The translations under genes were made by a program, and so were the position numbers. Shown piece by piece: positions 52,112 to 62,093 of a stretch of 64,000 nt of DNA. This DNA comes from a candidate division TM6 bacterium UASB124 (GTDB lineage: Bacteria > Babelota > Babeliae > Babelales > RVW-14): contig CAMDFF010000001.1 of assembly GCA_945897315.1 (NCBI GenBank), forward strand, positions 106,366 to 170,365, read 5' to 3'. Within the stretch, counting starts at the first letter, position 1. Each line of letters starts with the position of its first letter. Under the pieces are notes generated by a model. It worked only from the letters and a program-made list of their open reading frames with translations. It was not told where the DNA came from and searched no databases.

Positions 52112-52450
52112 TTACATAACCGAGCTCCTTTGTTCATACTCCCAATAACGAGTAACTCCTGGTTGATATTCATGAAGCATCGCTGTTCGAGAAGCCATTT
52201 CTGACCCATAAGCAGCGCTTGCTACAATCTGCGACCCGCCACTGGCTTGCGCCATAGGCTTGACAATCGATCTCATCATTCCTGAAGTCTCCTTTATAAG
52301 GGGGGTACACTGACCTTGGCCTTTTTCTTTGCGATCTGCTATCACACCAGCATCAGTAGATATCTCTATCGACGGAATATGCTGCGAGAGCGAGCACGAA
52401 GAAAGCATCAGCAACAATAGCTTCAGCTTAAGACGTTTGGTTACTGTCAT
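52112..52450 (-). CDS. Hypothetical small lipoprotein
   Basis: The ATG at 52450 follows GGAGAGG. Signal plus lipobox: MTVTKRLKLKLLLLMLSSC. Confidence 0.5.
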   Translation of the reverse strand: MTVTKRLKLKLLLLMLSSCSLSQHIPSIEISTDAGVIADRKEKGQGQCTPLIKETSGMMRSIVKPMAQASGGSQIVASAAYGSEMASRTAMLHEYQPGVTRYWEYEQRSSVM

Positions 52451-52859
52451 ACGACCTCTCCTTTCGTTAAAAACGATATGGCCTGCCATTCTTTTTATCC
52501 TCCGTAGCCACGCAGGGCGCAGGGGGAAGCTACAAGCCCTTTAGGGAGCAGAGCATAGAATGGTTTTGATGAACGAGCATTTCATGTTTTTATGATAGCA
52601 CAGTATTTTAAAAAATACAAATAGAAAAATCAAATAATTTTTTAAAAGGGCTATTTATGCAATAATTGTTCAAAAAAGCTCTGTTTTTATGCGAAATAGT
52701 ATCAGGCTGGAAATTTATAATATTCAATTGTAGCTCTAAAAAAGACTATTTTGTGCTGCCGAAAACAGTGACAGGCGCGCTGTATGACAGCATAGCCTCT
52801 GAAAAAGACGACTGTGCCGATCTATCCAGCGTGCTCGGGGAAGGGGGTGGTTTTTTGGC

Positions 52860-54558
52860 TTAAGAAATAAACGGGCTGTTAAACGCGCGCAGTGCTTCCA
52901 GTGCATTAACTTCGGTAATCTGTTTATTATTTACCAAGAGCATGCGGTCGACATTTTGTAAAATGCTGGGACGATGTGAGACAATAATCACCGTCTTCTG
53001 CCCGCGAAGTGTTTCGATGGTCTGGCGGATCATGCTTTCAGATTCATCATCCAGTGATGACGTAGCTTCATCGAAAATAAAAATCTCAGGGTTTTTGAGG
53101 AGCGCTCGAGCAATGGTTAAGCGTTGCTTTTGGCCGCCAGAGAGCTGGCCGCCATTTTCACCAACAGTCGTATCGTACCCCTGGGGTAATTGGCGAATAA
53201 ATTCATCTGCGTGTGCCGCTTTGCAGGCACTAATCACATCTTCTCTGGTTGCTGTTTTATTTGAATAGGAAACGTTATTGGCTACCGTATCATTAAATAA
53301 AAATGTTCGCTGCCCAACATAACCGATATTATTGCGCAAGCTGACAAATGAAGCCTTAGTGATAGGTGTTCCATCCATATAAATATGACCTGATAGCGGA
53401 ATGCTGAATCCGAGCAGCAGGTCACACAAGGTGCTTTTTCCTGCTCCTGAGGGGCCTATGATTCCAACAAAGTCGCCTTTGTTAATCGTGAGCGAAGCAT
53501 CGTGGATTACTTCTGACTGCTGGTCTTCGTAGGCAAATGAAACATGGTCAAACCTGATATGATCACGAAAAGGAGGCAACTCGAAGGTCCTGTTTTGGGT
53601 AGCAGGAAAAACGCTATCAGTCAGTGCAAATATGCGCTCAGCGGCAGCAAGGCCGTACTGGACATCAGAGTAGACATTGACGATTTTTTTGAGCGGGACG
53701 TACGCTAAAAGCACTGCTGCAATAAACGATGTTAGCTGTCCGGCGGTGATAACGCCATCAAGTACTTGGTGGGCGGCAACGTAAAAAATAACACTACACC
53801 CTAAGATTGCAATTGCTTCGATCATTGCAGGTAGCGCACATTCAATATTTGCGCTGATCATGATGGCATCAAAGCAGTGCTGGAGGCGATTTCTAAATCT
53901 TTTCTCCTCTGTTTTTTCAGCGTTAAACGCTTTGATTTCGCGAATTCCTACAAAGACTTCTTGGAGCAGGGAGCTGATCATGCCAAGTTGTGTTTGAATA
54001 GAAATGGACGCACTTTTGCGCGCTCGGCCGAGATTGCGAATGGTGATGGCCATAATCGGTCCAATGATGATCATCAAAATGCCAAGCGTTTGATTTTGAT
54101 AAATTGCAAAGCTTACAAGACACAGCGCTTCAAAAAAGCTCCGGATGCCGTCTTTGATCGCTGATGTTGCTGCCTGCTGTACCATCTGTACATCATTGAG
54201 GAAGTGAGACATGAGCATGCCGGTAGGATTTTTTTGGAAGAAAGAGAGTGGATAATTAATGAGCTTTGAAAAAAATATCATGGCGCAAGTCATTAATAAC
54301 TTTATTGTTTACCCAGTGCATGGTGTAGCTGGAAAGGTACATGAACAGGCCTTTGAGAAAAAAGACCGCTATAAACATGAGTATAAAGGGGACAATAAGA
54401 TGGCTGTAGCGGTTGATAAAAACTTCATCAACGGTGTGCTTGAGCACGTAGGTTGGCAGCGCAGAAACGATTCCAAAAAGCGTAGCACTCACAAGCGAGA
54501 AGGTTAATGTTTTCCAATAGGGCTTTGTGTAGCGCAAAACGCGCATTAATGTATTCAT
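52860..54558 (-). pseudogene. MsbA-like ABC exporter (permease + ATPase) interrupted by a frameshift in a homopolymer
   Basis: ORF 54256-54594 encodes TM1-2 up to ...VINDLRHDIFF. ORF 52860-54293 continues with IFFSKLINYPLSFFQKNPTG..., Walker A GPSGAGKST, LSGGQKQR and IFDEATSSLD. The two frames meet at the A7 run 54269-54275. Confidence 0.7.
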
Positions 54559-54610
54559 AAAAATTATATAAAGTAATGGGTGATATATCACCAAAACTAT
54601 AGCATAAATG

Positions 54611-54676
54611 TATTTATTCAGCTAACGAATCATACAACAAAAAAGGCTGTAAAGAAAACCATAGCCATGGAAAACG
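54611..54676. repeat. ~70-bp direct repeat, copy 1 (31-bp identical core at 54616-54646)
   Basis: The core ATTCAGCTAACGAATCATACAACAAAAAAGG is identical to 56051-56081. Flanking similarity continues (GTAAAGAAAACCA.. versus GTAAAAACCACCA..). Confidence 0.85.
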
Positions 54677-54679
54677 ATA

Positions 54680-55378
54680 TTACTGTTTACATTGCAGGCG
54701 GAGCAAAAAAATTGTTTCAGAAACTAAATGCGCTTTGACCCAGGCTTTTTGTTTTGCATCAAGCAACTCACCAAGCCCCGATAAGATACTTTTTGTATTG
54801 ATAGATTCAAGTGTTGTAATTGCTTTTTGAGTAAATTGAGGCAATGTCATATTTGTCCTTAGCTTGATAATATTTTCATTGATAGCCCAATTATTTTTAA
54901 GTAAAAACCAGACGTCATAAATATCGCGATTCGCTTTACCTGCACGTTCTAGCATGGCAACTAATTTGTGTGCAGCCATGTCTGCTTGAACCATTACATT
55001 TATGGCAATTCCCAAATAAGATTTTACTTCGTATCGAGAGCCGAAATTTCTTCTATTGATCTCAATTTTAATGTTGTAGCCGTCTTGTATTTTTTGATCG
55101 TAGGACAACAAAAAAAAGAGACTATAGCGTTTTTTGCGAGCATCTTTGATGGTGCCATAAGTTTGTAATATTTTTTGTATGGATTCAAAAATAGCATCTT
55201 CATTTGTATCATCAAGCAAATCAAAATCTAGATCAACTGAAAAACGTGATAAATCATAGAACAGATAGGCTGCTGTGCCACCCTTAAAGCCCAGTAGCGG
55301 GCCTATTTTGGTATTTGTATAAATATCTTTTAAAATATGAATAAGCATATTGTGGTGAATGGCAGGAACAAGCGTCAT
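54680..55378 (-). CDS. abiEii: Nucleotidyltransferase AbiEii/AbiGii-family toxin (type IV TA)
   Basis: GFKGGTAAYLFYDLSRFSVDLDFD motif typical of DUF1814/AbiEii. 232 aa. Confidence 0.75.
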   Translation of the reverse strand: MTLVPAIHHNMLIHILKDIYTNTKIGPLLGFKGGTAAYLFYDLSRFSVDLDFDLLDDTNEDAIFESIQKILQTYGTIKDARKKRYSLFFLLSYDQKIQDGYNIKIEINRRNFGSRYEVKSYLGIAINVMVQADMAAHKLVAMLERAGKANRDIYDVWFLLKNNWAINENIIKLRTNMTLPQFTQKAITTLESINTKSILSGLGELLDAKQKAWVKAHLVSETIFLLRLQCKQ

Positions 55379-55965
55379 TGTAATCCTTCGTCTATTTCAA
55401 AGCCTTTGAAATAGGATCGTACTTTTTGCTCCATGCGTTTATTGGAGTACAGGGGGAGGAGCTCAAAAATTTTATCTTTATTGAGAGGGGCTAAATTATC
55501 AAAATGATAATCTTTACTAAGGTATAGAACGTCCAGAAATGCTCGTTCTGGTGATGCTGCATAGTAGTTATCTCTACGCTCAATACCCATTTTGTTGGTT
55601 AGAATCGTATCTTTTAGCTTTTTAAATGAAAAAGCTTGTCCGCCGCATACAATATCTTTTGTTTGGTAAGATGCTACAAAAATGGTGCTGTAGTACTGAA
55701 AAATAACACCTGCTTGGGCAAGAATAGTTTCAAAACTGACATAGGCAGGAGTAAAAATTTTTGTAGCGAGCTCATAACGATCGTAATTGCTATCTTTTGC
55801 GTAAAGGCCCCTACGAATTGGGTGCAGTTCTTTTTGTTTTACATAATAGCTAATACGTCTTCTTAAAAGAGCGGGTATTGTTTCACGAGAAAGCAGCAAA
55901 AGCTCTTTAAAGGTGAAAACAGTGGAGGTTAGGCGTAAGAAATTAAGAAGATTTGTTTTTCTCAT
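55375..55965 (-). CDS. abiEi: AbiEi-family antitoxin/transcriptional regulator
   Basis: N-terminal wHTH-like region with LHPIRRGLYAK, then PAYVSFETILAQAGV. ATGA overlap with abiEii. Confidence 0.65.
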   Translation of the reverse strand: MRKTNLLNFLRLTSTVFTFKELLLLSRETIPALLRRRISYYVKQKELHPIRRGLYAKDSNYDRYELATKIFTPAYVSFETILAQAGVIFQYYSTIFVASYQTKDIVCGGQAFSFKKLKDTILTNKMGIERRDNYYAASPERAFLDVLYLSKDYHFDNLAPLNKDKIFELLPLYSNKRMEQKVRSYFKGFEIDEGLQ

Positions 55966-56044
55966 GAAAACACCATGTTTCAGTTAATGGTTACATTTAT
56001 TGTAACATTTAGCTTACGGTATAGATATTTTCCCAAAAAAGCAA

Positions 56045-56115
56045 TATTTTATTCAGCTAACGAATCATACAACAAAAAAGGGCGGCAGTAAAAACCACCA
56101 CCCCAGAAATAGCGA
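56045..56115. repeat. ~70-bp direct repeat, copy 2 (core at 56051-56081)
   Basis: See copy 1. On the minus strand this copy contains a G:U-rich hairpin (GGTGGTGG...CTGCCGCC) followed by a T-run, plausibly the ankyrin-gene terminator. Confidence 0.85.
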
Positions 56116-56138
56116 ATTAAAATGTGCTAGAAAATTGT

Positions 56139-56933
56139 TTACTGTGCTGGGCATTCACCAGGGTAGTCTGCAACCATAGCACGTCGTGCTGCTCGATCGC
56201 TGACTACTTTGGTGTATTTTCCTGTGTGTGTTGCTCCAGTCTCTCTGAGCATTCCAGCAATACACGCATGTTTTTTGTCCACAGCGTAGTCTAGCGCATT
56301 GAATTCTTGTTCGTTGATATTATGCACCACTGATGCAGCTTCTGCTAAGCCTAAAAACCAGCCTACAAAATGCTCATCGCCTTTCTTAACAGCACAGAGA
56401 AGGGCGGTATCCTTATCGTTATCAGTAGCAGTTGCGTCAGCACCAGCCTCATATAATGCCTGAGCTAGTCTGACATTGCCCGTGCAGGCTGCCATGATAA
56501 AGGGGGTTGGTGCAGGATTGTTATGTAAGTCAACTGAAATGCCTTTTGTGGTATAAGCTTTAATTAATATCAGGGCATTTTGAGTTTTATCTGGATCAAT
56601 AGCTGCAAGACCTAGGGCTGTGTTTCCCTTGGCCGTACATTCATCCAGTGCTACATCGTGCTCACAGAGTATTTGTACTATGGTTGCGCTGGAAGATGCT
56701 GCTGCATAGTGCAACAAGCTTATGTCCTCGTCGCATTCGATGGGTACTCGTACTGCACATAGTTCAGGATAGTTGCTGATTAAAGAGTTTACTTCGCTAC
56801 TATTGCCTGTGCAAATTGCAGTTATCAGTGCTGCACGTTGATCTGGCGCTGGCGCTGGTGCTGAAGCTTGTACGTGTTGGCCAAAGAGTAGCCCACTTGT
56901 CATCGCAAGTGTTAGAAAACGTGTATTCATCAT
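56139..56933 (-). CDS. Ankyrin-repeat protein with signal peptide
   Basis: Signal peptide, then ANK units (ISLLHYAAASSSATIVQILCEHDVALD; GNTALGLAA; TPFIMAACTGNVRLAQALYEAGADATA; DTALLCAVKKGDEHFV; FNALDYAVDKKHACIAGML). Confidence 0.8.
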   Translation of the reverse strand: MMNTRFLTLAMTSGLLFGQHVQASAPAPAPDQRAALITAICTGNSSEVNSLISNYPELCAVRVPIECDEDISLLHYAAASSSATIVQILCEHDVALDECTAKGNTALGLAAIDPDKTQNALILIKAYTTKGISVDLHNNPAPTPFIMAACTGNVRLAQALYEAGADATATDNDKDTALLCAVKKGDEHFVGWFLGLAEAASVVHNINEQEFNALDYAVDKKHACIAGMLRETGATHTGKYTKVVSDRAARRAMVADYPGECPAQ

Positions 56934-56981
56934 GAAATCTCCTCGCTTGGGGGTAAAAAATATAACTCTATGTTGTGAATA

Positions 56982-58181
56982 TTAACGAATTTTATAGATC
57001 TTATGCTTGCCCGCTTTGATGATCATGCCTGATTGTGGAGTAATGGTTGCTTTGAAATCAGTTACGGTTTGTTGGTCAACATCAACTGCTTTAGATTCAA
57101 TTAAGCGTTTTGCATCTGAAGAGCTTACCACAGCGCCAAGGTGTTTGAGTACATCAACGATCCAAACAGCAGAGCCAATAAACAGCGAGCAATCAATTTC
57201 TGTAGCGGCGCTATAATCATGTTTTTGGAATAGTGATTCAAATTGCTCTTGTGCTTTAGTTGCTTCAGTTGGCGACCAAAAACGGCTAACAAGCAGGTGA
57301 GCCATCTCTTTTTTGACCTTCATAGGGTGCTGTGTGCCTGCTGCCACGTCAGCTTGCATGGTAGCAATTTCAGCTTCAAGCTTGTTGCCAAGCAGCAGCA
57401 AATAGCGCCACATGAGTGTGTCAGAAACTGACATCAGCTTGCCGTATGCAGTTTCTGCAGGCTCCCAAAGACCAACGTAATTTCCATAACTTTTTGACAT
57501 TTTATGAACGCCGTCAAGGCCTTCAAGTAACGGCATGGTAAGAATGCATTGGGGCTCTTGGTTGTAGTGCTCTTGCAGGTGTCGACCCATGAGTAAATTG
57601 AATGTTTGATCAGTGCCGCCAAGCTCAACGTCAGCTTCAAGCGCGACCGAATCGTACCCTTGCATCAGCGGGTACAGTAGTTCATGCAAACTGATGGGCG
57701 TTTTCTCAGCAAGGCGTTTTGCAAAATCTTCACGTTCAATAATCTGTGCAACGGTAACTTTGGCACACAGTTTAATGACATCAGCAAAGGTAAGTTTTGC
57801 AAGCCATTCGGAGTTGTAGCGGACGGTAGTTTTGGCGGGATCTAAAATCTTAGTAACTTGTTGGAAGTAGGTCTTGGCGTTGCTAGCAATTTCATCGGCA
57901 GTGAGCGCAGGCCGTGTTTTTGAGCGTCCCGTAGGGTCACCAATCAGCGTCGTGTAGTCGCCAATCAAGAAAGTAATCTTGTGTCCAAGGTCTTGAAACT
58001 GCCTCATTTTACACAATACAACAGCATGTCCAAGGTGCAAGTCTGGTGCGGTTGGGTCCATGCCAAGTTTGATATTTAGCGGTGTTTCTTTGCTGAGCTT
58101 TTTTATAAAAGCATCAAGTGGAACAATACTGCTGGTGCCGCTTTTCAAAATCTCGAGAGCTTTTTCTGTTGATGGGTTCAT
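56982..58181 (-). CDS. tyrS: Tyrosine-tRNA ligase
   Basis: HIGH motif PDLHLGHAV, the KMSKS motif, and a C-terminal S4-like domain. Confidence 0.9.
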   Translation of the reverse strand: MNPSTEKALEILKSGTSSIVPLDAFIKKLSKETPLNIKLGMDPTAPDLHLGHAVVLCKMRQFQDLGHKITFLIGDYTTLIGDPTGRSKTRPALTADEIASNAKTYFQQVTKILDPAKTTVRYNSEWLAKLTFADVIKLCAKVTVAQIIEREDFAKRLAEKTPISLHELLYPLMQGYDSVALEADVELGGTDQTFNLLMGRHLQEHYNQEPQCILTMPLLEGLDGVHKMSKSYGNYVGLWEPAETAYGKLMSVSDTLMWRYLLLLGNKLEAEIATMQADVAAGTQHPMKVKKEMAHLLVSRFWSPTEATKAQEQFESLFQKHDYSAATEIDCSLFIGSAVWIVDVLKHLGAVVSSSDAKRLIESKAVDVDQQTVTDFKATITPQSGMIIKAGKHKIYKIR

Positions 58182-58190
58182 AGAGTTCTC

Positions 58191-58976
58191 TTAAAAAAAG
58201 ATGCTAAAAAAGAAGCTTTTAATAATTGTCGACACAACATGCAAGCCACCAAAGAAAATACTGCTTACTCCTGGTGCAAAAAAGAGCACAAGCATGATAA
58301 AGAAAGAATATTCTTCAAGCCATTGTACGATATGCTGCATTTTATACGGTAATGCAAAACGTAAAATCTTGCCGCCATCAAAGGGAGGCAATGGGATAAG
58401 GTCAATGACCCCAAAAAATATTGCGATACTGATGAGGTTTTTTAAAATTTCTAGCAAGCTGATCAGCGCGTATTGAGCAAGAGTCATCTGTAAGAGCAGC
58501 TTGAGTATGCCAACACTAATAAAAGCAAGAAACAAGTTGCCAATAGGCCCTGCAAGTGATGTTACAATCCCGCCAAGGCGGTAATGAGTGAACCGTGTTT
58601 CATCAACATGGACGGGATGTGTCCAGCGAACGCCCATAATAACAAGCATCATCAGCAGTACGGTGCGTGGAATAGCCCCTGTAAAGAAAGCTGAAATAAT
58701 AAAAAAGACGCCTAGAATTGTTAGTAGGCCTAGCAGATCTATATGTGCTGTTGGGTTGAGAGTTAAAAAACCATCCTCTTCAGGCGTTGTGTCGCCCATC
58801 AGCTTGGCAAACAGTGCTTGTATAAAACCTCGCCAGGTAAAGATAATCAGAAACACGGGTAATAAAATAACGACTTCACTGAGAGCTGAAAGCAACTGGC
58901 TTTGCGAGCCCCAGGATGATGTGGCAAATGTATCCATATCCATAAGTAGACCCTTCGTTTTAATGCCTGTGAGCAT
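58191..58976 (-). CDS. Site-2-protease (M50) family homologue lacking the HExxH motif
   Basis: The family frame is conserved (LMGDTTPEEDGFLTLNPTAHIDLLG, LAGPIGNLFLA, IDLIPLPPFDGGKI). The expected HExxH position reads RGFIQ, and there is no HExxH anywhere in the ORF. Confidence 0.6.
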   Translation of the reverse strand: MLTGIKTKGLLMDMDTFATSSWGSQSQLLSALSEVVILLPVFLIIFTWRGFIQALFAKLMGDTTPEEDGFLTLNPTAHIDLLGLLTILGVFFIISAFFTGAIPRTVLLMMLVIMGVRWTHPVHVDETRFTHYRLGGIVTSLAGPIGNLFLAFISVGILKLLLQMTLAQYALISLLEILKNLISIAIFFGVIDLIPLPPFDGGKILRFALPYKMQHIVQWLEEYSFFIMLVLFFAPGVSSIFFGGLHVVSTIIKSFFFSIFF

Positions 58977-59024
58977 AAAATATCTTTACAGAAGGGTCAA
59001 TTGAAGATTGTGATAGCTTATTGC

Positions 59025-59555
59025 TTAGCTTGGTGTGCTTGGTGTGCTTGCTTTGTTTTTTATCCACGCGGTAACTTTATCAGCAGTGTCCTGTGGGCCG
59101 GTGTACTCAGTGCATGCAATGACAAAGGGGTCTTCTTGTGCGAGTACATCATTTTTCAGGTGCACTGCCCACGTAATATTGTCGCTAATCAGCTCTTCGT
59201 TCCAACAACGATCTTGTAAGCGTTGGCGAATAATTTTTTCAGGGACATCTAGCAGGCCAAAATAAACGGGGGCTGTGGGCTTGATGCTAGCTGCTATAAT
59301 CTCTGAAGGGACACAGACACCACAAATGATGGTTGACTTACCTGCAGCTGCATAGGTATTTGCTATTTTAAGCCAGTGCTCAGTTGTCTCTTGTCGCCAG
59401 GCAGTGCCAGCATGGGACGGTACCCCAAAGGCATCAAAATCATGCACAGCGCATTGGCTTTTTGGGAGTGTTTGTTCAAGAAGTTCCACGAGTGTAGATT
59501 TTCCTGCTCCACTGGTTCCTGTGATAAAAAAAATACTTGGATTTAAATGTTTCAT
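59025..59555 (-). CDS. P-loop NTPase/kinase-like protein
   Basis: Walker A FFITGTSGAGKST. 176 aa. No further specific motif. Confidence 0.55.
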   Translation of the reverse strand: MKHLNPSIFFITGTSGAGKSTLVELLEQTLPKSQCAVHDFDAFGVPSHAGTAWRQETTEHWLKIANTYAAAGKSTIICGVCVPSEIIAASIKPTAPVYFGLLDVPEKIIRQRLQDRCWNEELISDNITWAVHLKNDVLAQEDPFVIACTEYTGPQDTADKVTAWIKNKASTPSTPS

Positions 59556-59727
59556 TGAATCTCTTTATGGTTGCGAATTACTTGTTTTGCTTAGCAAAGC
59601 AAAATTTAGTGATCATTTCCAGGATTGTTTGAAGCCATCATAGAATCATTGTTTTCGAAAGCACATAGAAATTTATCTTTTTTCAGCTAGAATCACAGGA
59701 AGATCTTTTTTACAAAAGGAGAAGACT

Positions 59728-62061
59728 ATGAGAGCTACGACTGCTGTGCCAAAAAAAGCACAATCACTAAAAGACAGCATTTTTACCACGGTATTTCCGC
59801 CGGCTGTTCTTGTTTTTTTAACAGGGCTAATTTATTTTCCGTCGCTGAAATACCCCTTTCAGTTTGATGATATTGCCAATATTGCAAAGCGGTTTTGCAT
59901 TCGCACAGAATCAACATTTTCTGTCTGGGCAGGTAGTACACGGTGGGTGAGCGACTGGCTTAATAACTTAAATTATCGACTAGGTGGATTTGATCCTTTT
60001 TGGTATCGCGCTTTTAATTTAGGAATTCATCTGAGTGCTGGGGTTGTTGCTTTTTTTCTGACCTATGCGCTGTGCGATATGCTTGATAAAAAGTCATTTT
60101 TCACAAAAAACGCTCTGTATATTAGCTTCACAACGGCAGGTTTATTTTTGCTTCATCCCGTACAGACACAGACGGTATCGTATGTGATTCAGGCGCGACA
60201 AGAGGGGCTTGCAAGTTTATTTGTGCTGATGACATTATTGGCTTACGTTAAAACGGTTACGGCAAAACAGGGAGCATCGCGTATTGCCTATGGTACGTGG
60301 TTTACCGTTGCTGCGGTGTTGTCACGCGGGACCAAAGAGTTGGTTGTTGTTTTGCCCTTTCTTATGCTGCTGGTTGAGTGGTTTTTTGTTGCCCAAGAAA
60401 ATTGGTCAGTTTTTAAAAAGAGGCTTGCTGTTGGCGCAGCGATAGCTGGTGTCGTGTTGCTTGCGGTACTGTATCAACATTCATGGCACTTCCTCAAAGA
60501 TGTACTGACCTTGAATGCCACAACGGTTAATAATCGTGGCAATATTTTAACGCCAGACCCGTACACTATTATTACGCCATGGATGTATTTTATTACTGAA
60601 CTGCGCGTTTTGGTGCACTATCTCGCAATATTTTTCTGGCCCTTTGGCATTAGTGTTGAATACGATTGGAAAATGGCATCAGGGTTTTTCACCCCACAGG
60701 TTTTGATTCCTGCGGCCATCTTGCTTGCTTTGCTGGCAATGGTAATTCGATTTTTATGGCGCAAAGAGCACATGATGGTTTCATTTGGTCTGATTTGGTT
60801 TTTTCTTGTTATGGCGCCGCGCACAACAATTATCGCTTCCCCTGAATTAGTGTGCGATTATAAAACATATCTTGCTTCGTATGGCGTGTTATTGGTTATA
60901 GGCGTTTGGTTGGTTCAAGGGGCGCATAAAATTGCTGACTCCTTAAAAGATAGCGCGGCATGGTTGGTATCTTCACAAGCGCACATGGTTACTCTTTCGT
61001 TGATGTTGCTTCTTGTTGGCGTGAGTACGTATGAGCGAAATAAAGTATGGGCGACAGCAATTGGCTTTTGGGAAGATAATGTTCGCAAAGCGCCCGGCAA
61101 AGCGCGCGTGCACAATAACCTGGGGGTGGCCCTTTCTGAGGCTGGTCGCTATGACGAATCGGTGCCATTGTATTATAAAGCAATTAGTCTTGATGGTTAT
61201 TACGCTGATCCGTACAGCAATTTAGCTGTTGCCTATTCGATGCAAAATAAAATAGATGATGCTATTCAAGCTCTACGTAATGCGATCCACATTTTTCCTG
61301 ATTATCCAGAAGCGTACAATAACCTTGGTACCTTGTTATTGCAAAAGGGCAATACAGAAGAGGCTGAAGCTGCGTTGCATGCTGCTGTTAAGTTGCGACA
61401 CTATTATGGAAAAGCTCACTACAACCTTGCTCGCCTGCACGAAGAGCGTGGCGACCTCGTTAAGTCATGGGAGTCGCTACAAAGTGCGGTGAATGGCGAC
61501 CTTGATGTTGCAGAGGTCTATTTTAAGTATGGCCAGATGAGCCTAAAACTACAAAAGTATGATTATGCTGTTGATGCATTTCAGTGGATCATCAACAAGG
61601 GCGAGGGCCATGATCAGGTCTGGTTTAATCTAGCAAACTCTTACTATATGCTTGGCAGGCAAGATGAAGCACGCGGTATTTATCAGCGTTTAGCAAAAAA
61701 TAATCCATTAGATCCACGCTATACATTTAATCTTGCTGAAGCGTATTTCGCACGTAACGACTTTGAAAAAGCTTACGAATTATTTAAAAAAGTAACGACA
61801 TTACCGCAACCGCTACCACAAAGTTTCTTTCGCGTAGCTGTTTGTCTTGAGCGCCTGAAGCAACCAGAAAAAGCAATCCAGTGGCTAGCGGCTTTGGAAT
61901 CGGTTAAAGCAGATGACGAATTTAAGAAGATGGTTAAATCTGAAATGGGCAGGATTGAGCTGCAGGCTGCGGTAGAAAAAGGCAAGGGATCAGTTACGTT
62001 AACCCAGTTGAAAAAATCAATAGCAAGCGGTGCATCTGGAACCATTAATGTGCGCGCTTAA
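59728..62061 (+). CDS. Polytopic membrane protein with C-terminal TPR array (TMTC/PMT-2-like glycosyltransferase-fold candidate)
   Basis: About 11 TM helices with an early-loop FQFDD motif, then at least 8 TPR units (e.g. AHNNLGVALSEAGRYDESVPLYYKAISLD, PEAYNNLGTLLLQKGNTEEA). Confidence 0.6.
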   Translation: MRATTAVPKKAQSLKDSIFTTVFPPAVLVFLTGLIYFPSLKYPFQFDDIANIAKRFCIRTESTFSVWAGSTRWVSDWLNNLNYRLGGFDPFWYRAFNLGIHLSAGVVAFFLTYALCDMLDKKSFFTKNALYISFTTAGLFLLHPVQTQTVSYVIQARQEGLASLFVLMTLLAYVKTVTAKQGASRIAYGTWFTVAAVLSRGTKELVVVLPFLMLLVEWFFVAQENWSVFKKRLAVGAAIAGVVLLAVLYQHSWHFLKDVLTLNATTVNNRGNILTPDPYTIITPWMYFITELRVLVHYLAIFFWPFGISVEYDWKMASGFFTPQVLIPAAILLALLAMVIRFLWRKEHMMVSFGLIWFFLVMAPRTTIIASPELVCDYKTYLASYGVLLVIGVWLVQGAHKIADSLKDSAAWLVSSQAHMVTLSLMLLLVGVSTYERNKVWATAIGFWEDNVRKAPGKARVHNNLGVALSEAGRYDESVPLYYKAISLDGYYADPYSNLAVAYSMQNKIDDAIQALRNAIHIFPDYPEAYNNLGTLLLQKGNTEEAEAALHAAVKLRHYYGKAHYNLARLHEERGDLVKSWESLQSAVNGDLDVAEVYFKYGQMSLKLQKYDYAVDAFQWIINKGEGHDQVWFNLANSYYMLGRQDEARGIYQRLAKNNPLDPRYTFNLAEAYFARNDFEKAYELFKKVTTLPQPLPQSFFRVAVCLERLKQPEKAIQWLAALESVKADDEFKKMVKSEMGRIELQAAVEKGKGSVTLTQLKKSIASGASGTINVRA

Positions 62062-62093
62062 AATAATAAGCAACTGAATGGAAATATGAAAAT

